Shown here in pieces: positions 9,505-20,021 of a DNA stretch of 64,000 bases. Position 1 is the first letter of the stretch. The number at the start of each line of letters is the position of its first letter. The translations under genes were made by a program, and so were the position numbers. This DNA comes from an uncultured cyanobacterium (GTDB taxonomy: Bacteria > Cyanobacteriota > Cyanobacteriia > Cyanobacteriales > CAWUOF01). The stretch spans positions 6,272,001 through 6,336,000 of the forward strand of contig CAVUSO010000001.1 in the NCBI GenBank assembly GCA_963744145.1, in the 5' to 3' direction. Under the pieces are notes generated by a model that saw only the letters and a list, made by a program, of their open reading frames with translations, made no database searches and was not told the origin of the DNA.

Positions 9505-11154
9505 TTAGTGACTAGCTACTTTACCATTAGGCTGTTGGATAATCGCTTCGAGTACCCGTCGCTTGGCTTTTGGATCAATTCCAATCAAACGGACATATTC
9601 TCCAGGGTGTTCTGCTAGAGCTGATTCTAGAACTGCGATCGCTTCTCTTTCGTGATTAACTTGGATTGTTGGACCACTTTGCCATGAACTCGTGCGGAAA
9701 CGTCTTTCATCTGCATATTCGGTGCCAATTCGATATCCTTGGGCTAGCAGATCGCGAACTTGGGCTTGCACAGTAGCACTTAACTTGCTAGAATTGCTAT
9801 TATTAGTAGTAGGTGGACTGTAACTTGCTGTTGGCGTCGGCGCAGATTTAGTTTGAGGAGAAACAATTCCATTCGGTTGTTGAATGATCAGTTCCAAGAC
9901 TCGACGTTTGGCTTTTGGATCAATCCCAATCAGACGCACATATTCACCTGTATGTTCTGCTAAAGCAGCTTCTAACATGGCGATCGCTTCTGATATTTGT
10001 TGAGTTTGAATGGGTGTACCACTCTGCCAAGAAGTTGTGCGGAAACGACGCTCATCAGCGTGTTCAATCCCAATCCGATATCCTTGAGCTAGGAGTTGAC
10101 TGACTTGTTGAATCACTTCGGCACTTAATTGGCTGCTTGACGCTTGAGCCGCATAATTATTAGATGAATTACTAGAGAGTGAACCCGTCACATTTTGCTG
10201 AACTACTATCCCATCTGGACGTTGAATGATGGTTTCTAAGACGCGCCGTTTGGCTTTAGTATCAATGCCAATCAAACGTACATATTCCCCAGTATGTTCT
10301 TGGAGACAATTTGAGAGTGCCGAGATGACTTCTGATTCGCGATCGCTTTGAATGGGGGAACAACTGTGCCAAGAACAAGTTTGGAAGTGACGTTTATCAG
10401 CGTGTTCTGTGCCAATGCGATAGCCTTGAGCTAGCAGTTGACGTACACGATCTATAGTTTCTTGAGTTAATTGGGTATTTTGGAATTGAGAGATCATGTG
10501 ACTAGCACCATTACTATTGCTATGTTGAGGGATTTCGCCTCGGATGGGTGTAATACAGGCGATATTATCTGCACATTGATATCCAGCTCTTAAAGCCTCA
10601 TTGATACCGACTACGTGCCGAGCAAATTTGAGATCGCCATCTTCAACGTTAGGTAAGCGATCGGCTTGTTGTTGATTGGTAATTATGGCTCCAGAAGGTA
10701 CATATTTACCTGCTGGAATTTCCACATCTTGAATCAGGGCGTGCATCATAACGATACAACCTTTCCCGACTCTGGCGTTAAATACGGTGGAACGAAAGCC
10801 AATAAAGCATTCTTCTCCCACGTAAGCTGGACCATGAATCAGGGCCATGTGGGCGATCGAGGATTTTTGACCAATCCACACCGAATATTCTTGTTGATCG
10901 TCTCCGATGACTCTTCCTTCTTCTAGACCATGTATAACCACACCATCTTGAATATTGGTGCCTTCTCCAATATAAAAAGGAGTTCCTTCATCGGCCCGAA
11001 TGGAAGTTCCGGGGGCAACTAATACATTAGCGGCAATCCTAACATCACCAATAATATTAGAGAATGAGTGTACATAAGCGGTTTGGTCGATTTGGGGTTC
11101 TGCTAAATTTTTCGACCAAGGTGTGGGAGGGGCCGCGACATTGCGGGCTACCAT
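9505..11154 (-). CDS. ccmM: Carboxysome protein CcmM (gamma-CA domain plus 3 RbcS-like domains)
   Basis: [14 protein letters not shown], gamma-CA repeats, three [14 protein letters not shown].R.F...SW repeats. Confidence 0.97.
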   Translation of the reverse strand: MVARNVAAPPTPWSKNLAEPQIDQTAYVHSFSNIIGDVRIAANVLVAPGTSIRADEGTPFYIGEGTNIQDGVVIHGLEEGRVIGDDQQEYSVWIGQKSSIAHMALIHGPAYVGEECFIGFRSTVFNARVGKGCIVMMHALIQDVEIPAGKYVPSGAIITNQQQADRLPNVEDGDLKFARHVVGINEALRAGYQCADNIACITPIRGEIPQHSNSNGASHMISQFQNTQLTQETIDRVRQLLAQGYRIGTEHADKRHFQTCSWHSCSPIQSDRESEVISALSNCLQEHTGEYVRLIGIDTKAKRRVLETIIQRPDGIVVQQNVTGSLSSNSSNNYAAQASSSQLSAEVIQQVSQLLAQGYRIGIEHADERRFRTTSWQSGTPIQTQQISEAIAMLEAALAEHTGEYVRLIGIDPKAKRRVLELIIQQPNGIVSPQTKSAPTPTASYSPPTTNNSNSSKLSATVQAQVRDLLAQGYRIGTEYADERRFRTSSWQSGPTIQVNHEREAIAVLESALAEHPGEYVRLIGIDPKAKRRVLEAIIQQPNGKVASH

Positions 11155-11271
11155 AACTTCATTTCTCCTGAGAAGAGCTATTTTGGTTGTCCAGATATCA
11201 GGATGGAAGTATTTATCTTTGAGCCTGTGGGTTCAATTATTTCTACTTCCTCATCCTGTCATCCCACCTCA

Positions 11272-11574
11272 TTAACGAGGTTGGTCTTTTTTGCTGTAAA
11301 CGATGCGATTTTCCACATTGACAGTTTCAATAATCGCTACGACTATGGCATCAATTGGACGTTGTTCTTGGCCAAGTACCTGGCGGGCTGCACTACCACG
11401 GGTCACTACTACCCATTCATCGACACCAGCACCGACACTATCTGCAGCTACTTCGTATTCTGGTAAGGGATTTCCTTTTTCATCGATGAATTGGACTAGT
11501 ATTAGTTTGCCACCGCCGAGACTAGGATCTTTATAGGTACTGACGATGTTGCCTCGAACTTTGGCAATTTGCAT
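11272..11574 (-). CDS. ccmL: Carboxysome vertex protein CcmL
   Basis: MQIAKVRGNIVST..EVAADSVGAGVDEWVVVTRGSAAR. Confidence 0.96.
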   Translation of the reverse strand: MQIAKVRGNIVSTYKDPSLGGGKLILVQFIDEKGNPLPEYEVAADSVGAGVDEWVVVTRGSAARQVLGQEQRPIDAIVVAIIETVNVENRIVYSKKDQPR

Positions 11575-11598
11575 TTTTGCTAATATGTAGTTTAGGTG

Positions 11599-11703
11599 TT
11601 AGGTAATAGGTAATAGGTAATAGGCTCGATCAAGCGATCGCCAGATTGATCAAAGGTTTTTTGTTCCTGCTTGCTTGCGCCCACAACCCACAACCCATAA
11701 CCC
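11599..11703. repeat. STRR heptamer tandem repeats (TAGGTAA)n and (CCCACAA)n
   Basis: Visible directly in the ccmL-ccmK1 spacer. Confidence 0.8.
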
Positions 11704-11718
11704 AAAACCTGGATGATT

Positions 11719-12060
11719 TTATGGTCTGTTGTAAGGGCGAATACCACTAACACTTTCCCGGAATTGTTCTACAGCTTCGGTGTAGCGAATCGGTAGAACA
11801 TATTCGAGGTTTTCATGGGGACGGGCAATTATATGGGTGGATAGGACTTGACCACCATTTACCCGCTTGACTGACTCGACCCCTGCGGCTACAGAAGCTT
11901 GTACTTCTGAGACATCACCACGGACAATGACGGTGACGCGGGCGCTACCAATTTTTTCATAGCCTACTAGGGTAACGCGGGCAGCTTTCACCATTGCATC
12001 AGCTGCTTCGACTACGGCAGGAAAGCCCAGGGTTTCGATCATTCCAACTGCAATTGCCAT
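11719..12060 (-). CDS. ccmK1: Carboxysome shell hexamer CcmK1 (with C-terminal extension)
   Basis: [29 protein letters not shown] plus an 11-aa tail. Confidence 0.93.
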   Translation of the reverse strand: MAIAVGMIETLGFPAVVEAADAMVKAARVTLVGYEKIGSARVTVIVRGDVSEVQASVAAGVESVKRVNGGQVLSTHIIARPHENLEYVLPIRYTEAVEQFRESVSGIRPYNRP

Positions 12061-12149
12061 TTTGTACTCCGTTCATTAAATGAAAATTTTTGAGAATTAA
12101 CTACTGTAATTACCACTTACTGGTTGTCAAGCAAGCTGGTTATTTTTAC

Positions 12150-12458
12150 TTAGGTCCGAAACTGTTCTACTGATTCTGTGTAACGAATCGGCAGTACATA
12201 TTCTAAGTTTTCATGGGGACGAGCAATAATATGGGTAGATACTACTTCCCCACCATTGACTCGTTTAGCTGCTTCAATTCCTGCGGACACAGAAGCTTGG
12301 ACCTCTGATACATCCCCACGCACAATTACGGTGACACGAGCGCTACCGATCTTTTCGTAACCCACTAAAGTTACACGAGCGGCTTTGACCATTGCGTCTG
12401 CCGCTTCCACGACAGCCGGAAAGCCCTTTGTTTCAATCATTCCCACCGCAATTGGCAT
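12150..12458 (-). CDS. ccmK2: Carboxysome shell hexamer CcmK2
   Basis: [29 protein letters not shown], 102 aa, first gene of the operon. Confidence 0.93.
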   Translation of the reverse strand: MPIAVGMIETKGFPAVVEAADAMVKAARVTLVGYEKIGSARVTVIVRGDVSEVQASVSAGIEAAKRVNGGEVVSTHIIARPHENLEYVLPIRYTESVEQFRT

Positions 12459-12604
12459 TTTTGGTCTCCTTCTGGATCACTAAAGTTAATGGTGCAAAGC
12501 TTTGAGAAAATTTTCGACGGTAACGCCTATGATTTCTAGCTAAGAGCAAACTATTTAAGTTTCTCTATATCAAGAATAGGTGAATCCTGACTTCCTTGAC
12601 AATA

Positions 12605-12620
12605 TAAATAATTATGATAT
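12605..12620. promoter_or_regulatory. Putative LysR (CmpR/NdhR) site in the divergent ccmK/ndhF4 promoter
   Basis: TAAATAATTATGATAT contains ATA-N7-TAT. The same 15-mer occurs upstream of the LysR gene. Confidence 0.45.
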
Positions 12621-13082
12621 AAACTAATTATACCTATTAATATAACTAATATCAATATATATTAAAATTTTATTAATAAAAGTTATATTTAATGTTATAA
12701 AACCCGTAAACCATCTCATCCACTCCAATTTGGAAAGAAAATGATATGGGGCAAAAGAGTAAGGCGATGAGAATCGTCAACCGAAAAAAAGATTGTCCGG
12801 ATGATCTACTTTGATGATCAAGGACTAATCAGTAAGAAGCTAAATCTAAGTACAAATACTGATTAATTCGGTTTGTATAAGTAAAATTTAGATTTCTGAT
12901 CAGCAATTTTTCTCACCCATCAGGTTTAAGTTATAATTACTTAGGAGTAAAGATGATCAACAGAAAAACTCATTTGTCAAAAAGATTTAGTCGGTGTTGA
13001 GAACCATATCCTTAAATTTTCAAAAGACAGAAAGTATTTTAAAAAGACTGGATTTACATTGAGAACTTAAAGGGCAGTTTGA

Positions 13083-14933
13083 ATGAATGAATTTCTCCTC
13101 CAAACAAGTTGGTGGGTGCCTTGTTATGGCTTAATTGGTGCAATTTTAACCCTACCTTGGTCGATCGGGATGATTCGACGGACTGGACCAAGACCAGCAG
13201 CTTATTTTAATCTATTGATGACAGTTATAGCTTTTATCCATGGCGGGATCGTGTTCCGCATGACCTGGAATCAGGAAAATATTCAGATCATCATTCATTG
13301 GTTAAAAGCAGCAGATTTAGACTTATCGCTGACCTTAGAAATTTCTGCCGTTAGTGTGGGGGCAATGGAGTTAATTACTGGGTTAAGTTTATTAGCTCAG
13401 TTATTTGCGATCGGATATATGGAGAAAGACTGGGCGCTAGCTCGTTTTTTTTCCTTGATGGGATTTTTTGAAGGGGCGATGAGTGGGCTGGTGTTAAGTA
13501 ATTCCTTATTTCTTAGCTATGCTTTGTTAGAAATGCTCACGCTATCAACTTATCTATTAGTCGGATTTTGGTATGCTCAACGGTTGGTAGTGACAGCAGC
13601 AAGAGACGCATTTCTCACCAAGCGGGTAGGAGATATATTATTGCTAATGGGAGTAGTCGTATTAGCAACTCAAGCAGGAAGTTTAGATTTTCCTGATTTA
13701 TATGAATGGGTAGAGACTGCGAATTTATCTCCACTGACCGCCACATTACTAGGGTTAGCTTTAATTGCTGGACCGACAGGTAAATGCGCTCAATTTCCCC
13801 TACATATGTGGTTAGATGAAGCCATGGAAGGACCAAACCCAGCTTCATTATTGCGAAATTCCGTGGTAGTCAGTAGCGGTGCCTATATTCTGATTAAACT
13901 TCAGCCGATCTTGGTGCTTTCCCCTGTCGCTTTAAATACTTTAGTGGTGATTGGGACAATGACAGCCATTGGGGCTTCAATGGTAGCGATCGCCCAAATC
14001 GATATCAAACGAGCCCTATCCCATTCTACCAGCGCCTATTTGGGGATGGTATTTATTGCCGTAGGAATGCAATGGACAGATGTGGCTTTAATGCTACTCT
14101 TTACCCATGCGATCGCCAAAGCACTCTTGTTTATGAGTGTGGGTTCGATTATTCTCACTACTAATAATCAAGACTTAACTCAGATGGGCGGTTTGTGGTC
14201 GCGGATGCCCGCTACTACTACTGCTTTTATTGTCGGTTCATTTGGTTTAGTTGGGTTCCTACCTTTAGGGGGTTTTTGGTCTTTCCTGAAAGCCGTAGAG
14301 ACTTTTTGGATTCAACAACCTTGGTTAGTAGTCGTGTTTTTACTGGTCAATTGTTTAACCGCTTTAAACCTCACCCGTGTATTTCGTCTGGTATTTTTAA
14401 GTAAATCTCAAGAAAAAACCCGCAGAACACCGGAAATTGCTTGGCCAATGGCAGTGCCCATCGTAACTTTAATTATCGTTAACCTGTTAGTCCCGTTAAT
14501 GATGCAGTCGCTATTAATATTGCCAGATTGGAATTACATCAATTATCAGATTGTTGTCCTGATCATATTATCTGGTGGAATTGGGATTTTTTTAGGAGGA
14601 ATTGTTTATCTTAATCGTACCTGGGCTAGACCCCTATTAATTCCGTTGCGATTTCTGCAAGATTTCTTAGCTTATGATTTTTACATCGATCGTCTCTATC
14701 GGGTCACGGTAGTATTTGCTGTGAGTAAATTTTCTCAAATCAGTGCTTGGATTGACCGCAATGTGATCGATGGATTAGTAAATCTAGTAGGAATCGCAAC
14801 TATTTTCAGTGGTCAAGGCTTAAAATATAACGTTTCTGGTCAGTCACAACTTTATATACTGACAATTGTTTTAGGAGTCAGTCTGTTGTTAATTGCCATT
14901 GCTACAGGTGGTAATTTCGGCATCGGTTTTTAG
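13083..14933 (+). CDS. ndhF4: NDH-1 CO2-uptake subunit NdhF4
   Basis: RRTGPRPAAY, FLTKRVGD, GKCAQFPLHMWLDEAMEGP. Clustered with ndhD and a short cup gene next to ccm. Confidence 0.92.
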   Translation: MNEFLLQTSWWVPCYGLIGAILTLPWSIGMIRRTGPRPAAYFNLLMTVIAFIHGGIVFRMTWNQENIQIIIHWLKAADLDLSLTLEISAVSVGAMELITGLSLLAQLFAIGYMEKDWALARFFSLMGFFEGAMSGLVLSNSLFLSYALLEMLTLSTYLLVGFWYAQRLVVTAARDAFLTKRVGDILLLMGVVVLATQAGSLDFPDLYEWVETANLSPLTATLLGLALIAGPTGKCAQFPLHMWLDEAMEGPNPASLLRNSVVVSSGAYILIKLQPILVLSPVALNTLVVIGTMTAIGASMVAIAQIDIKRALSHSTSAYLGMVFIAVGMQWTDVALMLLFTHAIAKALLFMSVGSIILTTNNQDLTQMGGLWSRMPATTTAFIVGSFGLVGFLPLGGFWSFLKAVETFWIQQPWLVVVFLLVNCLTALNLTRVFRLVFLSKSQEKTRRTPEIAWPMAVPIVTLIIVNLLVPLMMQSLLILPDWNYINYQIVVLIILSGGIGIFLGGIVYLNRTWARPLLIPLRFLQDFLAYDFYIDRLYRVTVVFAVSKFSQISAWIDRNVIDGLVNLVGIATIFSGQGLKYNVSGQSQLYILTIVLGVSLLLIAIATGGNFGIGF

Positions 14934-14968
14934 GAAAATATCCACTTAATAAAAAGTTCCAAATAATT

Positions 14969-16453
14969 ATGCTCAGTGTTTTAATTGGGGTGCCATTATT
15001 AGGTGCCGTTGCGATTGGATTTTGGCCAGGAAATAGCGCAGCGAAGAACTACCGTTTGATGGCTTTAGCGATCGCGATCAGCTTATTATTCTGGACATTA
15101 ATGATCGGATTTAAGTTCAATCCAGAAATCTCCGGAATGCAATTTTCTGAGAATATTCCTTGGATTGATGCTTTAGGTTTAACCTATAACATTGGCATTG
15201 ATGGGTTATCTTTACCCCTAATGATTTTAAATAGTTTACTAACTTGTATTGCTATTTATAGCAGTGATAGTAGTATAGTTAGACCCCGGTTTTACTACTC
15301 GCTAATCTTAATATTAAATGCGGGAGTAGTCGGTGCATTTGTAGCCCAAGACTTACTGTTATTTTTCCTATTTTATGAACTAGAACTAATTCCCTTGTAT
15401 TTATTAATTGCGATTTGGGGTAGTGCTAATCGAGGCTATGCTGCGACCAAATTCCTTTTGTATACAGCAGTTTCGGGAATTTTAATTCTCGCTTCATTTT
15501 TGGGAATTGTTTGGTTGAGTGGTTCTACTACCTTTGCTTTACAAACAATCGATGTAACCAATCTGAATGAGAAAACACAATTGTTATTACTGGCAGGACT
15601 TTTAATCGGTTTTGGGATTAAAATTCCTTTAGTACCTTTTCATACTTGGTTACCAGATGCTCATGTAGAAGCTTCCACCCCTGTTTCAGTTTTACTAGCA
15701 GGGATACTATTAAAACTAGGTACTTATGGGATCATCAAATTTGGCTTAGGATTATTACCTTTAGCTTGGACAATTCTAGCGCCTTGGTTAGCAGTTTGGG
15801 CAGCAATCAGTGTAATTTATGGCGCTCTAAACGCGATCGCTCAAAAAGATATGAAAAAGATGGTAGCTTTTTCATCAGTTGGGCACATGGGTTATATTCT
15901 GCTAGCTGCAGCTGCTGCGACTCCACTTAGTCTAATTGGAGCGATCTTCCAAATGATTAGTCATGGACTAATATCTGGACTCCTATTTTTATTAGTGGGA
16001 GTTGTTTATAAAAAAACTGGGACTCGCGATTTAGATTTACTGGAAGGTTTGTTAAATCCAGAAAGAGGAATGCCAGTAATTGGTAGTCTAATGATCATGG
16101 GAGTAATGGCAAGTGCAGGAATTCCTGGGATGATTGGTTTTATTGCTGAATTTTTAGTATTTCGAGGTAGTTTTCCAGTATTTCCAGTACCAACAATCAT
16201 ATGTATGGTAGGAACTGGTTTAACTGCGGTATACTTTCTACTCTTAATCAACCGCGCTTTCTTTGGTCGTCTTTCAGCCCAAGCAAAAAATTTACCACCA
16301 GTTTTGTGGAGCGATCGCATTCCCTCAGTAATTTTAGCATTATTGATCATTATTTTAGGATTACAACCAAGTTGGATAGTTTTCTTAAGTGAGAATTCCC
16401 TCACTGCAATGGTCAATCAGAGTAAAGCGATCGCCCAAATCACAAATATATAA
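14969..16453 (+). CDS. ndhD4: NDH-1 CO2-uptake subunit NdhD4
   Basis: NuoM motifs FYELELIP, PFHTWLPDAHVEA, LLNPERG. Confidence 0.92.
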   Translation: MLSVLIGVPLLGAVAIGFWPGNSAAKNYRLMALAIAISLLFWTLMIGFKFNPEISGMQFSENIPWIDALGLTYNIGIDGLSLPLMILNSLLTCIAIYSSDSSIVRPRFYYSLILILNAGVVGAFVAQDLLLFFLFYELELIPLYLLIAIWGSANRGYAATKFLLYTAVSGILILASFLGIVWLSGSTTFALQTIDVTNLNEKTQLLLLAGLLIGFGIKIPLVPFHTWLPDAHVEASTPVSVLLAGILLKLGTYGIIKFGLGLLPLAWTILAPWLAVWAAISVIYGALNAIAQKDMKKMVAFSSVGHMGYILLAAAAATPLSLIGAIFQMISHGLISGLLFLLVGVVYKKTGTRDLDLLEGLLNPERGMPVIGSLMIMGVMASAGIPGMIGFIAEFLVFRGSFPVFPVPTIICMVGTGLTAVYFLLLINRAFFGRLSAQAKNLPPVLWSDRIPSVILALLIIILGLQPSWIVFLSENSLTAMVNQSKAIAQITNI

Positions 16454-16465
16454 TAAATAGAAAAT

Positions 16466-17605
16466 ATGACACACACCAGTTTAAAGCCTTCTAAACATCC
16501 ATTAGCAACCTATGTTCAACGCTTAGAAAACGGAGTAGGACTTTTACCTGACTCTCCCCAGAACTTGATGGAGGTGGTCGGTATTCTCAAAAGCTATGGC
16601 ATAGTTTTAGATGCTTACTCTCAGAATCTAATTTACATAGCAGACCATCAATTTTTAGTTTTGTTTCCTTTTTTCAAATATTTCAATGGAGAAATCACCC
16701 TATCTAAGTTATTGCGTCACTGGTGGCATGATCGAATTAATTTTGAATATGCTGAATATTGTATGCGAACAATGCTTTGGCATGGAGGTGGAGGATTAGA
16801 TCAGTATTTAGATTCGGCTCAATTTAGCGAATTAGCAGAAACAGCGATTCAAGCCAAAATTAAAAATGATTTTATCATTCAAGGACTCCATCGAATATTT
16901 CCTGACTTTTTACCAGAGCAGGTCAGAGTCCAATGTTATTATAGTGGCTTAGGTCAATTTTGGCGAGTCATGTCAGACATATTTATTTCTTTGTCTGATT
17001 TATATGATCAAGGGAAAATTAAGTCAATTCCTGAAGTTGTCAGTCATATTAAAAATGGCTTAGTAGAAGCGGCGAATAAACCGATTACTTATGCTGTTAC
17101 GATCAAAGGAGAAAATTATGAAATTATCCCTCCATCAATTGGGTTAACATTTTTATCAGACACAGCTATTCCTTATGTAGAAGCGGTTTTTTTCCGAGGT
17201 ACACCGTTTTTAGGAACAGTTTCATTTAATGCTCAAGCTTACGAAATTCCCTTTGACCAAAAACTATTTACATACGGAGCTCTATACGCAGATCCTTTAC
17301 CAATTGGTGGTGCGGGAATTCCCCCAACTTTACTAATGCAAGATATGCGTCATTTTCTCCCAGAATATCTACATAACATCTATCGTCATACTCGTCGAGG
17401 AGAAGATGATTTACGGGTATTAATTTGTCAGAGTTTTCAAAAATCAATGTTTTGTGTAACTACAGCAACAATTATGGGATTAGCTCCCTATCCGATCGAT
17501 ACTGAGGATTTAGAACAGCAAAAAGCTAATCGTATTTATTTAGAAAAGTGGATGGACCGATTTTCAACTTCTCAATTGAATAATGTGCAAACTGACCTAG
17601 TTTAA
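16466..17605 (+). CDS. cupB: CO2 hydration protein CupB (ChpX)
   Basis: HDRINFEYAEYC, FFRGTPF.GTVSFNAQA, SFQKSMFCVT. The 379-aa length fits CupB rather than CupA. Confidence 0.93.
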   Translation: MTHTSLKPSKHPLATYVQRLENGVGLLPDSPQNLMEVVGILKSYGIVLDAYSQNLIYIADHQFLVLFPFFKYFNGEITLSKLLRHWWHDRINFEYAEYCMRTMLWHGGGGLDQYLDSAQFSELAETAIQAKIKNDFIIQGLHRIFPDFLPEQVRVQCYYSGLGQFWRVMSDIFISLSDLYDQGKIKSIPEVVSHIKNGLVEAANKPITYAVTIKGENYEIIPPSIGLTFLSDTAIPYVEAVFFRGTPFLGTVSFNAQAYEIPFDQKLFTYGALYADPLPIGGAGIPPTLLMQDMRHFLPEYLHNIYRHTRRGEDDLRVLICQSFQKSMFCVTTATIMGLAPYPIDTEDLEQQKANRIYLEKWMDRFSTSQLNNVQTDLV

Positions 17606-17693
17606 TGATCTTTTATGCTAGTCATCTGAGAGGTTTCACTCGTTACTGAAATGTATTTGTCTTGATATTTTGCAGCACTTTAAATAAATAAAC

Positions 17694-17723
17694 CAATAGG
17701 GTTCAGTTAACTGAACCGGATTG
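17694..17723. repeat. 30-nt imperfect palindrome made of two abutting MITE-type ends
   Basis: CAATAGGGTTCAGTTAACTGAACCGGATTG; compare 790-807, 1034-1051 and 602-619. Confidence 0.65.
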
Positions 17724-17947
17724 TATTATCTGCGAATTTTTAACCTTTCTTCTATTGAAGTAAAGCTAATTAAAGCGATCGCAATAATGTAGTTAAGATC
17801 AGAGCGTTCTCATCATCAACACCATCCCAAATTTGCTCTTTAAATATTAGAAAAAGTTAACTTAATTAAAATTAATTGAGTTGCCGATCCTTAGATATCT
17901 AAGGATATGATTACATTATCAGCAACCCGTGAATTAAGAAAATAGTT

Positions 17948-19231
17948 ATGTCTACCCAATTTAAAGCCGAAGTCTTTCAAAACCAATACCTACCCCAAGG
18001 TGCTTCAGAAGTCCATGCGATTATGACTGTGACCGTTGCAGGAGACGAAGGGATAGCCGCCCCTACTACTAATAATAGCAAAGTCTTTGGGATAATTTGT
18101 GATACCTCTGGCTCAATGCAAGGTCAAAAGATCCATGCAGCCAAAGAAGCGATCGCCAAAATCGTCAACTTATTACCCAATGATGCGGCATTTTTTATCG
18201 TCACAGGTTCAGGTATAGCCCGGGTAACTTGGTCCATGTCTCCAGCGACCCCTGAAAATAAACAACAAGCGATCGCAGCTCTCAAAAAAAACGATGCTAG
18301 CGGTGGTACGATTATTTCCCGATGGCTATCAGAAGCATTAAAAGAATTTGAAAAAATGCCCAATAGTGTCCGTCAAGCCTTACTATTGACAGACGGACAA
18401 AACGACGACTCAGACGAACAAAACCTCCTGAAAGTTCTGCAACAATGTGAAGGTGTTTTTCAATGTGACTGTCGAGGTGTAGGTACAGATTGGAGAGTCA
18501 AGCAACTACAAGTAATTTCCCAGAAACTTTTGGGTACTACCGACATAATTCCTAACGCAGCTATGATCGAAGCTGACTTCCAGAATATTCTGCAAAAAGC
18601 AATGACAAAAAGTGTCAGCGATGTAGCATTGCGTTTGTGGAATCCCCAGGGAGCCCAAGTATTATTTTGTAAACAAGTTAGCCCAGAAATTGTTGACTTG
18701 ACCCATCGCGCTAAAACTGTTAAACCTCAAGTATCAGACTATCCAACTGGTGCTTGGGGGAAAAATGAATCTCGTGAATATCATTTCTGCATTCAAGTCA
18801 AACCGGGTAATATCGGTGATGAAATGTTAGCAGGTCGAGCTAGCCTAATTTATACCCTAAACGGTGTAGAAAATAAGGTAGCTGAAGCTCGCATTTTGGC
18901 AGTTTGGACTGACGACGATGCAAAATCAACTAAAATTGATAAACGGGTTGCCCACTATACTGGACAAGCTGAACTAGCTCAGTCTATTCAAGAGGGACTA
19001 GAAGCTCGTGCGAGTGGTGATCTAGAAGTTGCTACGGTTAAATTGGGGAAAGCGGTGAAACTTGCCCATGAATCGGGTAATGAAGCAACAGCAAAACTCC
19101 TCAAAAAAGTAGTTGATATAGAAGATGCAGCCACGGGCACAGTAAAAATTAAACGCGATATTGCCAAAGAAGACACAATGGCACTAGAAACCCGTTCCAC
19201 CAAAACTACTCGCATTCCCAAGTCTTCTTAA
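17948..19231 (+). CDS. von Willebrand factor A (vWA) domain protein
   Basis: MIDAS DTSGSM...GGT...LLTDGQN. N-terminal EVFQNQYLP and C-terminal LETRSTKT. Confidence 0.9.
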   Translation: MSTQFKAEVFQNQYLPQGASEVHAIMTVTVAGDEGIAAPTTNNSKVFGIICDTSGSMQGQKIHAAKEAIAKIVNLLPNDAAFFIVTGSGIARVTWSMSPATPENKQQAIAALKKNDASGGTIISRWLSEALKEFEKMPNSVRQALLLTDGQNDDSDEQNLLKVLQQCEGVFQCDCRGVGTDWRVKQLQVISQKLLGTTDIIPNAAMIEADFQNILQKAMTKSVSDVALRLWNPQGAQVLFCKQVSPEIVDLTHRAKTVKPQVSDYPTGAWGKNESREYHFCIQVKPGNIGDEMLAGRASLIYTLNGVENKVAEARILAVWTDDDAKSTKIDKRVAHYTGQAELAQSIQEGLEARASGDLEVATVKLGKAVKLAHESGNEATAKLLKKVVDIEDAATGTVKIKRDIAKEDTMALETRSTKTTRIPKSS

Positions 19232-19251
19232 TTAATCCTTAAAGCCTAGCT

Positions 19252-19941
19252 ATGTCTATCTACAAATGTCCAAAAGGTCACCAATCAACGGAGTCTGATT
19301 ATTGTTCTGAATGTGGTGTGAAAATTCCGGGGATCAATGAATCTACTGCGATCCCCAGTCTCGAAGCATCAACAATACCAGCATCTATTTCTCAGGTCAT
19401 CAATTGTCCTGATTGTGGTGCAATCTACGCAACAGGTAGTGGTAACTTCTGCGAAATTTGCGGTTATAACTTTATCACTGGGGCCGATGGTGAACTTCCT
19501 CTGGATTCATCAGCAATTTTCCAACCTAATTTAGGGTCATCCTCAGCCCCCAGTACCCAAACCCCAATAATTCATTGGGAATTAGTCGCTACCATTGATT
19601 CATCCTTGGGAAATGCTAACAGTCCTCCACCTCCGCTCAATCAACCTGCGATTACTTTTCGTTTAGATAAGGAAACTAATTTGATTGGACGTAGTAGCAA
19701 GCTAAAGGGTATTCGTCCAGAAATTTCTTTAGATTTTGATGATGCGGTTTCCCGTCGTCATGCCTTACTAATTCGTCAATTAGATGGTAGCTTCATTTTA
19801 CGTGATATTGGTTCTGCTAATGGTACGAAATTAAAAGGTGTAGAATTACAGCCCATGGTTGATGTCCCGATTAAAGAGGGTGATCAATTTACTCTCGGAC
19901 ATTGGACAAGAATCACGGTCAAAGTTATTCGTTTACCGTAA
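19252..19941 (+). CDS. Zinc-ribbon plus FHA domain protein
   Basis: CPKGH..CSECG, CPDCG..CEICG. FHA motifs IGRS, VSRRHA, DIGSANGT. Confidence 0.92.
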   Translation: MSIYKCPKGHQSTESDYCSECGVKIPGINESTAIPSLEASTIPASISQVINCPDCGAIYATGSGNFCEICGYNFITGADGELPLDSSAIFQPNLGSSSAPSTQTPIIHWELVATIDSSLGNANSPPPPLNQPAITFRLDKETNLIGRSSKLKGIRPEISLDFDDAVSRRHALLIRQLDGSFILRDIGSANGTKLKGVELQPMVDVPIKEGDQFTLGHWTRITVKVIRLP

Positions 19942-20021
19942 AAATATAGTTTTTGTCAGATCATCTCGCTCAAGAACATCAGCTCATGGTGAATTTGGCC
20001 CGCCGATCTGATCGGCAGGAT

